Below, in pieces: positions 1 through 9,601 of a stretch of DNA of 64,000 nucleotides (position 1 is its first letter; every line of letters starts with the position of its first letter). The stretch covers positions 10,382 through 74,381 of the forward strand of contig CAVWBF010000027.1 in the NCBI GenBank assembly GCA_963753085.1, written 5' to 3'. The notes beneath the pieces are model-generated. The model did not search any database and had not been told where the DNA came from. It saw only the letters and a list, made by a program, of their open reading frames with translations. The stretch comes from an uncultured Spirochaetota bacterium. Lineage in GTDB: Bacteria > Spirochaetota > Spirochaetia > SZUA-6 > Fen-1364. The translations under genes and the position numbers were made by a program.

Positions 1-129
1 TCCCTTCGAAAAACAATAGCACCAGGTCCGGCCAAAAAAACGGGTTGCTGAAAAGACCGCACGGCGGCGGCCCGCCTGTGATTTGCCCGAACACTCTGGT
101 ATTCTCTCAGGGAGGGACCGAGGAAAGTC

Positions 130-1287
130 ATGTCGAACGCCGAGATTTTCCGTGACGAGCTTTTCGACCTGCTTGCCGCGCTTGTGTCAATCGATTCCAT
201 CAACCCCGATCTCGTGCCGGGCTCCCGAGGCGAGGCGGAGATTGCCGCGTGGGTGGCGCGGTGGGCGAGGGCAAAGGGGCTGGAGGTCCACGTCGAGGAG
301 TCCGGGCTCTCCGGCAGGCCGAACGTCCTTGCTGTGGCCCGCGGGCGCGGAGGCGGCAAAGCTCTCATGCTCAACGCGCACATGGACACCGTCGGGGTGG
401 CCGGCATGGAAAACCCGTTTCGACCGACGGTCCGCGATGGCCGGCTTTGCGGCCGCGGATCGATGGACACCAAGTCCGCGCTTGCAGCGTTCATGATGGC
501 CCTGGCTGCAGCCCGGGAGCTTCCCCTGCGCGGGGACGTCATCCTTGCGGCTGTTGTGGACGAAGAGTATGCAAGCGTCGGCACTGAGGCCGTTGTGAAG
601 AAATGGAAGGCTGACGCGGCCGTTGTCGGGGAGCCGACCGGAATGCAGATCGTCATTGCTCACAAGGGCTTCTCCTGGCTCGAGATCGAGACCCGGGGTG
701 TCGCCGCACACGGCTCACGTCCCGACATGGGGGTGGATGCAATCGCCAAGATGGGGCGCGTTCTTGTGGCCATTGAAGACATGGGCTGCCGGCTCTCCTC
801 TGGCCCCGCCCATCCCATCCTGGGGACCGGATCCGTGCATGCGTCCCTGATCAGCGGCGGACAGGAACTGTCCTCGTACCCGGCGTCCTGCCGTGTGGGA
901 ATCGAGCGACGAACTGTCCCCGGAGAAACGGCGGACGCTGTGGAGAAGGACCTGAGAGAAGAGCTTCTCAGGCTTGCGCATGCCGACCCTTCCCTCAAAG
1001 CGGAGGTACGCACCATCTTCTCCCGGGACCCCATGGAAGTGTCGAAGGGATCTCCCGTCGTGCAGGCGCTTGCCGGCGCCTTCAGAACCGTCACCGGGAG
1101 GGAAGCCGAGCTCGGCGGAATGAGCGCGTGGATGGACTCCTCCCTCCTGACAGCCGCGGGCATTCCATCGGTGGTGCTGGGACCGGTCGGTGAAGGCCTG
1201 CATGGAGAACACGAATGGGTTGACCTCTCCACGGTGCATTCCGTCGGGATGATAATCCTGTCGATGATCCGGGACTTCTGCTCGTGA
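130..1287 (+). CDS. M20-family metallopeptidase/deacylase (ArgE/DapE-like)
   Basis: 385-aa ORF with NAHMDTVGV and VVDEEYAS metal-ligand motifs and M20 domain layout. Purine-rich RBS (GAGGAAAG) precedes the ATG. Confidence 0.85.
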   Translation: MSNAEIFRDELFDLLAALVSIDSINPDLVPGSRGEAEIAAWVARWARAKGLEVHVEESGLSGRPNVLAVARGRGGGKALMLNAHMDTVGVAGMENPFRPTVRDGRLCGRGSMDTKSALAAFMMALAAARELPLRGDVILAAVVDEEYASVGTEAVVKKWKADAAVVGEPTGMQIVIAHKGFSWLEIETRGVAAHGSRPDMGVDAIAKMGRVLVAIEDMGCRLSSGPAHPILGTGSVHASLISGGQELSSYPASCRVGIERRTVPGETADAVEKDLREELLRLAHADPSLKAEVRTIFSRDPMEVSKGSPVVQALAGAFRTVTGREAELGGMSAWMDSSLLTAAGIPSVVLGPVGEGLHGEHEWVDLSTVHSVGMIILSMIRDFCS

Positions 1288-1306
1288 GAGGACGGCTCGC
1301 CGGGTC

Positions 1307-3232
1307 TTACTTCTTTGGCGGAAGAAGCTCCACGCTCTGCAGGGGCTTCGTGGTCAGCTTTACTCCCCTGGCAGTCAGCCCGCATGCCGGAATTTTTGCG
1401 AGGTCCACGTTCACAGATTTGACTTTCTGTCTCTTCGCCGGAACGAGGTTCAGCTTCAGCGTCCCGACCGCCTTCTTTTCAACCAGGTAATCGATCCCCA
1501 GCGAGCCTTCCTTTGCGAGGGGGTATGTCTTGTTCGTGATGAACCGCTCGATGTGCACTTTTTTCCCCCACGCCAGCCCGGCGGCATCACGATACACAAG
1601 GGTGATGTGCGCGCCCCGGGTCTTGTCGAAGATGCCCGCGTACAGGAGCGCGCCCGGCATCCACGCCTTCTCCGGCGGCGCCATGATCCGGTAGGTGCCG
1701 TCAGCGGTCACGGCGAGGATCCGATCGTACTCCGTGACCGTCATCACGAACTCCGATCCCCGGACCGAGCTGCCGAAATACCCCGCCTCCCTGTCGTAGC
1801 TCAGGCGTATGTTCGCCTTTGCAACGGCCACCTTGTCCACCGCGTGGAACGTCTCGATCTCCGTGCGCCGGGGGAACTGCTCCCCGTACTTTTCATCCAG
1901 CCCGTTCAACCATTCGACGACAGTTTTCGTGAGGTTCTTCAGCTTCCGGGTCACCTGCCGCAGGGATGCGACGATGTCGTCAATCTCCCCGCGGTTTTTT
2001 TTCAGGTCATACGCGCTGATGCGCCGGATGCGCAGGTCGAGCAGGCGCGCCACGTCCTCATCCGTCATGGCGCGCACGAACTGCTTCGAGAAGGGCTTCA
2101 TGCCGGCGAAGACCTCCCGGCGCACCGCCTCCTCCGTGCCCGCCTTTTCCAGGCGCTTGTAGACGCGGTTCTCTATGAAGATGCGCTCCAGGGTGAGCCA
2201 GTGCCTGCGGTCCTCCAGGCGAGCCAACTCGTGGTCCAGCTCCGCCTTGATCTGCCTTTTCAGGAGGAGGGAGAACTCCTTGAGGTACTCCGCGATGGAG
2301 AGGTCCACGGGACGATCGTTCCTGATCACGACCATGTTGGAGCCGATGGCAATCTCGCAGTCCGTGTTCGCATAGAGCTGATCGATGACCGTGTCCGGCT
2401 CCGCCCCGCGCGAGAGGGCAAGCTCGATCTCCACGTGGTCGCTCGTGTAGTCGCTGATCTTGGAGACGCTGACCTTTCCCTTCTGGACAGCCGCCTCGAT
2501 GGAGCTGATGAGACTCCCCGTGGTGGTGCCATAGGGAATCTCGCTGATCACGAGCTTCTGCACCCCGCTCACTTTCTGGATGCGTGCCCGCACCTTCACC
2601 TTCCCGACCCCGTCGGAGTACTCGCTGATATCCATGAGGCCGCCCTGAGGGAAGTCGGGGTACAGGGTGAACTTCTCCCCCGTGAGGATGGCGATGAGGG
2701 CGTGCAGGAGCTCGGGGAAGTTGTGGGGCAGGATGGTGGTTGCCATTCCGACCGCGATCCCTTCCGCTCCCAGCATGAGGAGGACGGGAACTTTTGCCGG
2801 CAGCTCCTTGGGCTCCTTGCGTCGGCCGTCATAGCTGGCAAGGTATTCGGTAAGCGCGGGATTGAAGAGCGTCTCCAGCGCAAGAGGGGTGAGCCGGCAT
2901 TCGATATAACGGGCGGCGGCCGCGGGGTGGCCGGTGATGAGGTTGCCGAAGTTCCCCTGCTTCTCGATGAAGTATTCCTTGTTTGCCAGGACGACCAGCG
3001 CATCCCCGATGGAGGCGTCCCCGTGAGGATGCAGCTTCATCGTCTCCCCGATGACGTTGGCCACCTTGTGGAACTTGCCGTCGTTCATCTCGAAGAGCGT
3101 ATGCAGGATGCGTCGCTGAACCGGCTTGCAGCCGTCGCGCAGGTCGGGGATGGCCCGGTCCATGATCACGTAGCTGGCGTAGTCGAGGAAATAGCCCTCC
3201 ATGAGGGGCTTGAGCTGGCTCTGCGGGCTCAT
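1307..3232 (-). CDS. parC: Type IIA DNA topoisomerase subunit A (ParC/GyrA-like, short 641-aa form)
   Basis: DRAIPDLRDGCKPVQRRIL and HPHGD motifs near the N-terminus. ATGA start/stop overlap with the upstream B-subunit gene. Confidence 0.85.
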   Translation of the reverse strand: MSPQSQLKPLMEGYFLDYASYVIMDRAIPDLRDGCKPVQRRILHTLFEMNDGKFHKVANVIGETMKLHPHGDASIGDALVVLANKEYFIEKQGNFGNLITGHPAAAARYIECRLTPLALETLFNPALTEYLASYDGRRKEPKELPAKVPVLLMLGAEGIAVGMATTILPHNFPELLHALIAILTGEKFTLYPDFPQGGLMDISEYSDGVGKVKVRARIQKVSGVQKLVISEIPYGTTTGSLISSIEAAVQKGKVSVSKISDYTSDHVEIELALSRGAEPDTVIDQLYANTDCEIAIGSNMVVIRNDRPVDLSIAEYLKEFSLLLKRQIKAELDHELARLEDRRHWLTLERIFIENRVYKRLEKAGTEEAVRREVFAGMKPFSKQFVRAMTDEDVARLLDLRIRRISAYDLKKNRGEIDDIVASLRQVTRKLKNLTKTVVEWLNGLDEKYGEQFPRRTEIETFHAVDKVAVAKANIRLSYDREAGYFGSSVRGSEFVMTVTEYDRILAVTADGTYRIMAPPEKAWMPGALLYAGIFDKTRGAHITLVYRDAAGLAWGKKVHIERFITNKTYPLAKEGSLGIDYLVEKKAVGTLKLNLVPAKRQKVKSVNVDLAKIPACGLTARGVKLTTKPLQSVELLPPKK

Positions 3233-5055
3233 GCTCCCTCCAGGACCTCGACGCGCAGGTTGTTCACGATGAACTTTTTCCGTTCCGGAGTGTTCTTTCC
3301 CATGAGGAACTCCAGCGTTCGGTGGACTCCCGCCATGGAGGGGACCTGGACCGGCGTCAGGCGCATGTCGTCGGACATGAACTGCTTGAACTCCTTCGGG
3401 GAGATCTCCCCCAGGCCCTTGAACCGGGTGACCTCCGTATTCTTCATGCGCTTCATTGCGGAGTCGCGCTCCGCTTCGCTGTAGCAGTACGCCGTCTCGT
3501 CCTTGGTGCGGACGCGGAAGAGCGGGGTCTCCAGGATGTAGAGATGGCCCTTGAGGACCAGCTCCTCGAAGTAATGAAGGAAGAACGTGAGGAGGAGATT
3601 TCGGATGTGCATTCCGTCCACGTCCGCGTCGGTGGCAAGGATCACCCTGTTGTAGCGCAGCCCTTCCAGATTGTCCTCGATTCCCAGCGCGCGCATAATG
3701 TTGTACAGCTCCTCGTTCTTGTACACCGTGTCGCGCTTGAGCCCGAAGACGTTCAGCGGCTTCCCCTTGAGGGAGAATATGGCCTGCGTATGCACGTCCC
3801 GTGCCTGGATCATCGGCCCGCCGGCGGAGTCCCCTTCCGTGAGGAAGATGCTCGATTCCTCGCGCCTCTTTTCCTTCTCATCGTCGAAGTGCACCCGGCA
3901 ATCGGTCAGCTTGGGGATGTGCAGCTCCACCTTGCGCGCCATCTCGCGGGCCTGTTTCTTGATGGTGGACAGTTCCTTCCTGATGCGCTCGTTGGCCCTG
4001 ATCTTCTCCACGAGCTTTTTCGCCTCACCCTCGTTCTTGTGAAGCCACGTGAGGGTCTCTTTCTTGACCTCCTCCGCCACCCAGGAGCGGATCTCGTTGT
4101 TGCCCAGCTTGTGCTTTGTCTGGCTTTCGAACACCGGGTCCTTCAGCTTGATGGCCACCGCCCCGATCATCCCTTCCCGCACGTCTTCCGCCGAGAAGTT
4201 CACCCCGGCGTACTCATCGATTGCCTTCAGGACTCCCAGGCGGAACGCGGTCTGGTGCGTGCCCCCATCCACGGTGAACTGGCCATTCACGAAGCTGAAA
4301 TAGCTTTCCCCGAAATTGGCCGTGTGGGTGAAGGCGAACTCCAGGCTCGGGCCCTTGTGGTGGGCTATCTCGTAATGCATCTCCTCCTCACCGATCTCTT
4401 CCACGAGGAGATCATGCAGCCCCTCCTGGCTCGTCACCGTCTGGCCGTTGTACTGGAAACGCAACCCCGAGTTGAGGTAGCTGTAGTAGCGCAGCCTCTT
4501 CAGGATGAACTCGTCGTCCCACTCGTAGGTCGTGAAGATCTTGGGGTCCGGAGTGAAGCGCACGAAGGTTCCCGTCTTTGCCTTCGCGTCCCTGCCTTCT
4601 TTCTGGGTGATAAGCTTGCCCTGGCGGAACAGGGCCTGCATGAACTTGTGGTCCCGGTAGCTGGCCACCTCGAACTCCGCAGAGAGCGCGTTCACGGCCT
4701 TTGTGCCGATGCCGTTCAGCCCGACGGAGAACTGGAAGACGTCGTCGTTGAACTTGCCGCCGGTGTTGACCTTGCTCACGCAGTCGATGACCTTGCCCAG
4801 GGGGATGCCGCGGCCGTAGTCGCGCACGCTGATGGCCGCTTTCTTCCTGGCGATATCGATCACCTTGCCCTGGCCCATGATGAACTCGTCTACGCTGTTG
4901 TCAATGATTTCCTTCAGGAGGATGTAGATGCCATCCATCGGGTTGGAGCCGTCCCCCAGCCTGCCGATGTACATCCCCGTGCGGAGGCGGATGTGCTCCA
5001 GCGCGTCCAGCGTCTGGATCGCTTTTTCATCGTATTTGATCGCGGTTTTCGCCAT
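3229..5055 (-). CDS. parE: Type IIA DNA topoisomerase subunit B (ParE/GyrB-like)
   Basis: GHKL ATPase N-terminus (LEHIRLRTGMYIG), Toprim EGDSAGG, PLKGK. Start set at ATG 5055 (MAKTAIKYDE); the longer ORF to 5169 runs into the repeat-filled intergenic region. Confidence 0.85.
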   Translation of the reverse strand: MAKTAIKYDEKAIQTLDALEHIRLRTGMYIGRLGDGSNPMDGIYILLKEIIDNSVDEFIMGQGKVIDIARKKAAISVRDYGRGIPLGKVIDCVSKVNTGGKFNDDVFQFSVGLNGIGTKAVNALSAEFEVASYRDHKFMQALFRQGKLITQKEGRDAKAKTGTFVRFTPDPKIFTTYEWDDEFILKRLRYYSYLNSGLRFQYNGQTVTSQEGLHDLLVEEIGEEEMHYEIAHHKGPSLEFAFTHTANFGESYFSFVNGQFTVDGGTHQTAFRLGVLKAIDEYAGVNFSAEDVREGMIGAVAIKLKDPVFESQTKHKLGNNEIRSWVAEEVKKETLTWLHKNEGEAKKLVEKIRANERIRKELSTIKKQAREMARKVELHIPKLTDCRVHFDDEKEKRREESSIFLTEGDSAGGPMIQARDVHTQAIFSLKGKPLNVFGLKRDTVYKNEELYNIMRALGIEDNLEGLRYNRVILATDADVDGMHIRNLLLTFFLHYFEELVLKGHLYILETPLFRVRTKDETAYCYSEAERDSAMKRMKNTEVTRFKGLGEISPKEFKQFMSDDMRLTPVQVPSMAGVHRTLEFLMGKNTPERKKFIVNNLRVEVLEGA

Positions 5056-5127
5056 GATGTTCCTTACCGGTCGCGCGGGAAGTGTGGGAATTTCCTGTAT
5101 TTCCTTTGATAGTAAGGACAATCGTGG

Positions 5128-5316
5128 CGGAGCGTCAAGTCTGCCGCGCTCCGTGGGGTTGCGCGGCATGGATGTACGCGAGTACGCGTTCCGCGCGAAC
5201 GCGGTGCGGGAGCGAGGCCCCGGCGCGCTCCGCGGGGTTGCGCGCCGTTTGCGCTCCTAGGGGTTGCGCAGCCAAGGATGGCGAGGCCGAACCTGCCGCG
5301 CTCCGCGAGGTTGCGC
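5128..5316. repeat. Four dispersed copies of a GC-rich about 19-nt motif GCGCTCCGYGRGGTTGCGC (three with a longer CTGCCGCGCTCCG...GGTTGCGC context)
   Basis: Copies read at 5146-5164, 5225-5243, 5251-5269 and 5298-5316, in the divergent intergenic region between parE and the lipoprotein gene. Spacing is irregular. Confidence 0.7.
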
Positions 5317-5373
5317 CGCGTCATTGGACGCGGGCGGAACTCTTGGATAAGATGCGCCAAGGAGGCTCACATC

Positions 5374-5718
5374 GTGAGAAAGATTGTCATCCTTGCTGTT
5401 GTGGCCACGGTGATGCTAAGCGGATGCATCTCCGGGAAGTTTCTCGGGTTTCTTGCAACCTCCGACTACGTCGATCAGAAGGAAAAGGCTCTTGCGGACG
5501 ACCAGGCCAAACAGATTGCGGATCTCAAGGCCCAGCTGGCCGACTACGAGAAGTTCAAGCAGCAGACGCAGAACGCCGTGGACCAGATCAACCAGTCGCA
5601 GAAGACCATCCAGGACCTCCAGGCCCTTGCCAGGAGGGTGGAAGGGCGGCTGGACCAGGTCCCCAAGGAGGTGATCAAACAGATCATCGACGCGCTTCAG
5701 GCCGCTTTGAACGAATAG
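5374..5718 (+). CDS. Small coiled-coil lipoprotein
   Basis: GTG start 7 nt after AGGAGG. Signal peptide with lipobox (VMLSGC), then a Gln/Lys/Asp-rich helical region. Confidence 0.6.
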   Translation: MRKIVILAVVATVMLSGCISGKFLGFLATSDYVDQKEKALADDQAKQIADLKAQLADYEKFKQQTQNAVDQINQSQKTIQDLQALARRVEGRLDQVPKEVIKQIIDALQAALNE

Positions 5719-5749
5719 GACGAAAGTCCCGGCCGCCGGCAGGACCTGC

Positions 5750-6778
5750 ATGGCTCGCACACGCAGCTCTCGATCTGGAGTCTCCCTTTCATGTGCCGTC
5801 GCGCTGGCGCTTGTCCTGCAGAGCGGCCCGGTGTCCGCGGGCCCCCAGAAGGAGGCGGGCAGCAGGAAATACAGCATGGCCTTCATCCCGAAGGTCAAAG
5901 CCGCCTGGTACGAAAGGCTCCAGGCGGGGATGAACCGGGCCGCCGCCGAGCTGGACGTCACGGTCCGCCAGAAGGCTCCCGCATCCGTGGACGAAGCCGA
6001 GCAGACACGGCTGATCGACGAAGCGATCAGGGAGGGAAATAACGCCATCCTTTCTGTTCCCGTTGATGCAAAGTCAATCGAGTCAGCGCTTGCCCGGGCG
6101 CAGGCTCAGAAGCTCACCACCATCACCACGGGCTCTCCGTTCCAGGTGAACGCTGATTACGACATCGAGATGATCGACAACAAGGCCTTCGGACAGCGGT
6201 CCATGGACGAAATGGCAAAGGCCATGGGTTCCCCCGCGGGAGAATATGCGGTCTACGTCGGATCGTTTACAGAGGTAGCCCATAACCTCCGCGCCGATGC
6301 GGCAATTGCCGAGGCCAGGGAAAAATACCCCGGGCTGAAGCTGGTCGCGGAACGCTTCCCGGTCTCCGAGGACCGGGACCTCGCGCGCAAGGTCTCCCTT
6401 GATGTCATTGCCTCTCATCCGGATGTACGGGCCTTCCTTGCCTTCGGGAGCAAGGGCGCATTGGGTGCGGCCGATGCCGTCCGGGAGAAGGGCCTGATCG
6501 GGAAAATTGCGGTCATCGGCACCGTCTCACCCCGCGAGGCCTCCCGCTGTCTCAGGGACGGCTCGCTCACCACCTCGATCCTCTGGGACCCGGCGGAGGC
6601 CGGCTACGCCATGGTGTACATTGCGAGGCTTGTGCTGGACGGCAGGAGAGGAATCATCGGGCCGGACCTCGACATCCCGACGCTGGGCAAGCCGTTCTCG
6701 GTGCGGGGAAACACCCTGGTCTACGATCGACCTATCGTCGTGACCAGGGACAACGTGGACGACTATCCCGGCTTCTAG
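5750..6778 (+). CDS. Periplasmic sugar-binding protein (type 1 PBP, RbsB/LsrB-like), no adjacent permease or ATPase
   Basis: Signal peptide, 342 aa, PBP1-like alternating pattern (KYSMAFIPKV..., AVIGT...). Confidence 0.7.
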   Translation: MARTRSSRSGVSLSCAVALALVLQSGPVSAGPQKEAGSRKYSMAFIPKVKAAWYERLQAGMNRAAAELDVTVRQKAPASVDEAEQTRLIDEAIREGNNAILSVPVDAKSIESALARAQAQKLTTITTGSPFQVNADYDIEMIDNKAFGQRSMDEMAKAMGSPAGEYAVYVGSFTEVAHNLRADAAIAEAREKYPGLKLVAERFPVSEDRDLARKVSLDVIASHPDVRAFLAFGSKGALGAADAVREKGLIGKIAVIGTVSPREASRCLRDGSLTTSILWDPAEAGYAMVYIARLVLDGRRGIIGPDLDIPTLGKPFSVRGNTLVYDRPIVVTRDNVDDYPGF

Positions 6779-7596
6779 GCGCCCGGCGGCTGCCGCGGCG
6801 CTGCTGCCCGGCCCGATGCCAGGCCGTGTCCCACCAGGTACTCGCAGCTTTCCCGCACGGCCCGTTCCATGTCGGACTCGCAGCTGTCCAGCTCCACGAC
6901 GAGCCACGCGAGCACCGTCGGATCCGCGGCACCGATGACGGCAGGCACATCCATTTTCCCTGCACCGACCGCAACGTGGGGCCGGCCCTTCGCGAGCGGG
7001 CCGTCCTTGATGTGAAGGAGCGGGGCGCGTGAAGCGAATTTCCTCACCACGGCCGCCGGATCCACTTCACCGAAGCGGGCCGCCCAGTAGGTATCGATCT
7101 CCAGGCTGACCCGGGGGGCCAGCTCAAGGAGGATGTCATATTTCATCCTGCCGTCGATTGTCTCGAACTCCCACCAGTGATTGTGAAGGAAGAGCGTGAT
7201 CCCCGCGGAGCGAAGCCGCTCCTCCATCAGGTTGATCGTCTCGGCAGTTCTTGAGACTGCCTCCCGGCTGGCAAAGTTTTCAGCGGGAAATCCGCACGCC
7301 ATGAATGGCGTGCCCAGGTCCCCGGAAACCTCGATGACCTCCACGAGTTTGTCCGGCGTCGCCCAGGGGAAATGGCTGGAGCTGATGCGCATGCCCGTGT
7401 CTTCCACGAGCCTGCGAACCTCCCGGGGCTTCATCCCGTGGAAGCCGGCAAGCTCAACGCCGGCATACCCCATGCTGGCCACCGTACGGATGACAGCCGG
7501 GAAATCGTGCTGCGACGCATCCCGCAGGCTGTACAGCTGGATCGAAACGGGCGGAGGCTGATCCGGCCTTCCGTCGGGCGCCCGGGCAAGGCTCAC
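6775..7596 (-). CDS. Sugar phosphate isomerase/epimerase (xylose-isomerase-like TIM barrel)
   Basis: IQLYSLRD...MGYAGVELAG N-terminal signature. GTGA overlap with the upstream oxidoreductase gene. Confidence 0.8.
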   Translation of the reverse strand: MSLARAPDGRPDQPPPVSIQLYSLRDASQHDFPAVIRTVASMGYAGVELAGFHGMKPREVRRLVEDTGMRISSSHFPWATPDKLVEVIEVSGDLGTPFMACGFPAENFASREAVSRTAETINLMEERLRSAGITLFLHNHWWEFETIDGRMKYDILLELAPRVSLEIDTYWAARFGEVDPAAVVRKFASRAPLLHIKDGPLAKGRPHVAVGAGKMDVPAVIGAADPTVLAWLVVELDSCESDMERAVRESCEYLVGHGLASGRAAAPRQPPGA

Positions 7597-8639
7597 AGAA
7601 GGACTTCCCGCCCCGACGCGGAAGACTGGTAGACGGCATCAATCACGCGTTGAACGGCCAGTGCCTGCTCAGGGGTGACGCACGGCTGCTCTTCACCGAG
7701 AACCGAGCGGACAAAGTTGACGAACCGGTTGCAATGAGGATAGCGGAGAGGAACTCCGAGCGCATCGATGTCCAGCTGCGCAGCGAGCTCCCTGTCCGTG
7801 CGGTAGATCTCCACGGGAGAAACCCTCGCGCCGGCCTCCGTGCCGAAGAGCTCAACGCCGTGCGCATCGTCCTCCTTCTGGTGGGCGACCCAGGAGATCT
7901 CCAGCTGGACAGTGGCCCCGTTCTTCATCCTGATGAACGCCGTGGCGCTGTCGTCGACGTCGAAGGGGATGCCTTCCGGAGTCGACGCCCCCCAGCTCCC
8001 TTCCCCCAGGCCGCGCGAACCGAACTTCGAGTACGCCGCGCCGCTCACGCCGGCGACGTCGAAGTTTCCCGAGGTCCAGAGCGCGAGGTCCAGCATGTGG
8101 ACGCCGAGGTCCATGAAGCAGCCGCCGCCCGCAAGCTTCCTGTTCCCGAACCACGTTCCCAGGCGGGGAGCCCCGGCCCGACGGCGCCAGAAGGCACGCA
8201 TTCGATGGATCTCTCCGAAATAGCCGCGCTCCGCCAGCGAGCGGACCTGCTGCGCGCCTTTTTCGAATCGGAAGTTCATACCGAGCATGAACGTCTTTTT
8301 TCTTTTCGCCGCGATCTCCACCACCTTGCGGGCGTCTTCAAAGGACGTCGCAAACGGCTTCTCCAGCATGACATGCTTGCCTGCTTCGAGAGCGGCGACG
8401 GCGTAGGGCGCGTGGTAGACGTTGGGCGTTGCTATGTAGACGGCATCGAGTGAAGCATCGTGAAAGAGCTCCCGGGCGTCCGGGTACGTCGCCGTGAACC
8501 CGTTCTTTCTGGCAAACTCCTTTGCCCGCTCCTGATGAGGATCAGCGACAGCCACGACCTCCGCCGCGCCGCTTGCCGTTATCCCGTCGAATCCGTACTG
8601 GGCGATCGCGCCCGCTCCCGCAATCCCGAACTTCAGCAT
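7593..8639 (-). CDS. Gfo/Idh/MocA-family NAD(P)-dependent oxidoreductase
   Basis: N-terminal Rossmann motif (MLKFGIAGAGAIA), EKP motif (VMLEKPFA), 348 aa. Confidence 0.85.
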   Translation of the reverse strand: MLKFGIAGAGAIAQYGFDGITASGAAEVVAVADPHQERAKEFARKNGFTATYPDARELFHDASLDAVYIATPNVYHAPYAVAALEAGKHVMLEKPFATSFEDARKVVEIAAKRKKTFMLGMNFRFEKGAQQVRSLAERGYFGEIHRMRAFWRRRAGAPRLGTWFGNRKLAGGGCFMDLGVHMLDLALWTSGNFDVAGVSGAAYSKFGSRGLGEGSWGASTPEGIPFDVDDSATAFIRMKNGATVQLEISWVAHQKEDDAHGVELFGTEAGARVSPVEIYRTDRELAAQLDIDALGVPLRYPHCNRFVNFVRSVLGEEQPCVTPEQALAVQRVIDAVYQSSASGREVLL

Positions 8640-8741
8640 GTCTCACCTTCCCTCTTCTTTATAGCCGCTGGGCGTGGCCCGAATCAACACCGCGTGAGTA
8701 TGTTAAGAGATGCCGCCTTCGCGCGGTTGCAAGGAGGGCAT

Positions 8742-9593
8742 GTGAAGGGGAAAACCGTATTGATCACCGGCGCGACAGCGGGGATCGGGCGCATCACCGC
8801 CCGGGATCTCGCGGCTGCGGGGGCCCATCTCCTGCTTGTGGCGCGCAATCGGGAGAAAGCCGAGGCGACACGGGAGTGGATCATTGCACAGGGCGGCGGA
8901 GGCTCCGTGGAGCTCATCATTGCGGACCTTTCGAGCCTGGAGCAGGTCCGCTCCGTCGCGAAGCAGGTCAATTCCCGGGCCGCCGGTCTCGATGTCCTGG
9001 TGAACAACGTCGGGGCGGTCTTCCAGGGACGGCGGGAGTCACCGGACGGGATCGAGATGACGTTTGCCCTCAATCACTGCACGCCGTTTCTCCTCACCAA
9101 CCTGCTCCTCGATGCGCTCCGCAAGAGGACTCCGTCCCGGATCGTGACCGTGTCCTCGGATGCCCATCTTCGCGCCGTGATGAACTGGGACGACCTGGAG
9201 GGCCGACAGAGCTATCGCACGTGGACCGCCTACGGCCAGTCCAAGCTCGCAAATCTCCTCTTCACGTACGAGCTGGCCCGCAGGCTTGACGGAAGCGGGA
9301 TCACCGCCAACGCCCTCCATCCGGGGTTTGTCGCTTCCGAGTTCGGAAAGAACAACGGCGGGTTCTTGAAGGTGGGGATATCCGTTGCCCAGCGCCTGGG
9401 AGGCATCAGCGTGGAGAAAGGCGCGCGCACGAGCGTCTACCTGGCCTCTTCACTGGAGGTCGAAGGCGAGACGGGCAAATACTTCGTGAAGTGCCGGGCC
9501 CAGGAGTCGTCGCCTGCCTCGCGGGACCGCGAAAGCATGCGGAGGCTCTGGGACATCTCGGCGGTGATGACCGGGCTTGCCATGAAGGATTGA
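8742..9593 (+). CDS. Short-chain dehydrogenase/reductase (SDR)
   Basis: GKTVLITGATAGIG cofactor motif and YGQSK catalytic motif. GTG 8742 follows AAGGAGG. The longer ORF from 8460 overlaps the convergent gene, and ATG 8700 is an alternative start. Confidence 0.85.
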   Translation: MKGKTVLITGATAGIGRITARDLAAAGAHLLLVARNREKAEATREWIIAQGGGGSVELIIADLSSLEQVRSVAKQVNSRAAGLDVLVNNVGAVFQGRRESPDGIEMTFALNHCTPFLLTNLLLDALRKRTPSRIVTVSSDAHLRAVMNWDDLEGRQSYRTWTAYGQSKLANLLFTYELARRLDGSGITANALHPGFVASEFGKNNGGFLKVGISVAQRLGGISVEKGARTSVYLASSLEVEGETGKYFVKCRAQESSPASRDRESMRRLWDISAVMTGLAMKD

Positions 9594-9601
9594 GGCGGAC
9601 G

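Noticed and set aside
1553-5109. Long plus-strand ORFs 1553-3484 (643 aa) and 3322-5109 (595 aa)
   Set aside because: They lie antisense to the clearly recognisable topoisomerase A/B genes. Their Arg/Leu/Pro/His-rich composition has no motifs, which is typical of open antisense frames in GC-rich DNA.
5128-5316. Possibility that the four GC-rich repeats are a degenerate CRISPR array
   Set aside because: The spacing is irregular (79, 26 and 47 nt), the repeats are only about 19 nt and imperfect, and no cas genes are nearby.
5082-5933. 283-aa ORF starting in the parE / lipoprotein intergenic region. The same applies to 5064-5360 (-) and 4928-5260 (+).
   Set aside because: It runs through the GC-rich repeat cluster and then out of frame across two real genes. 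There is no coding signature.
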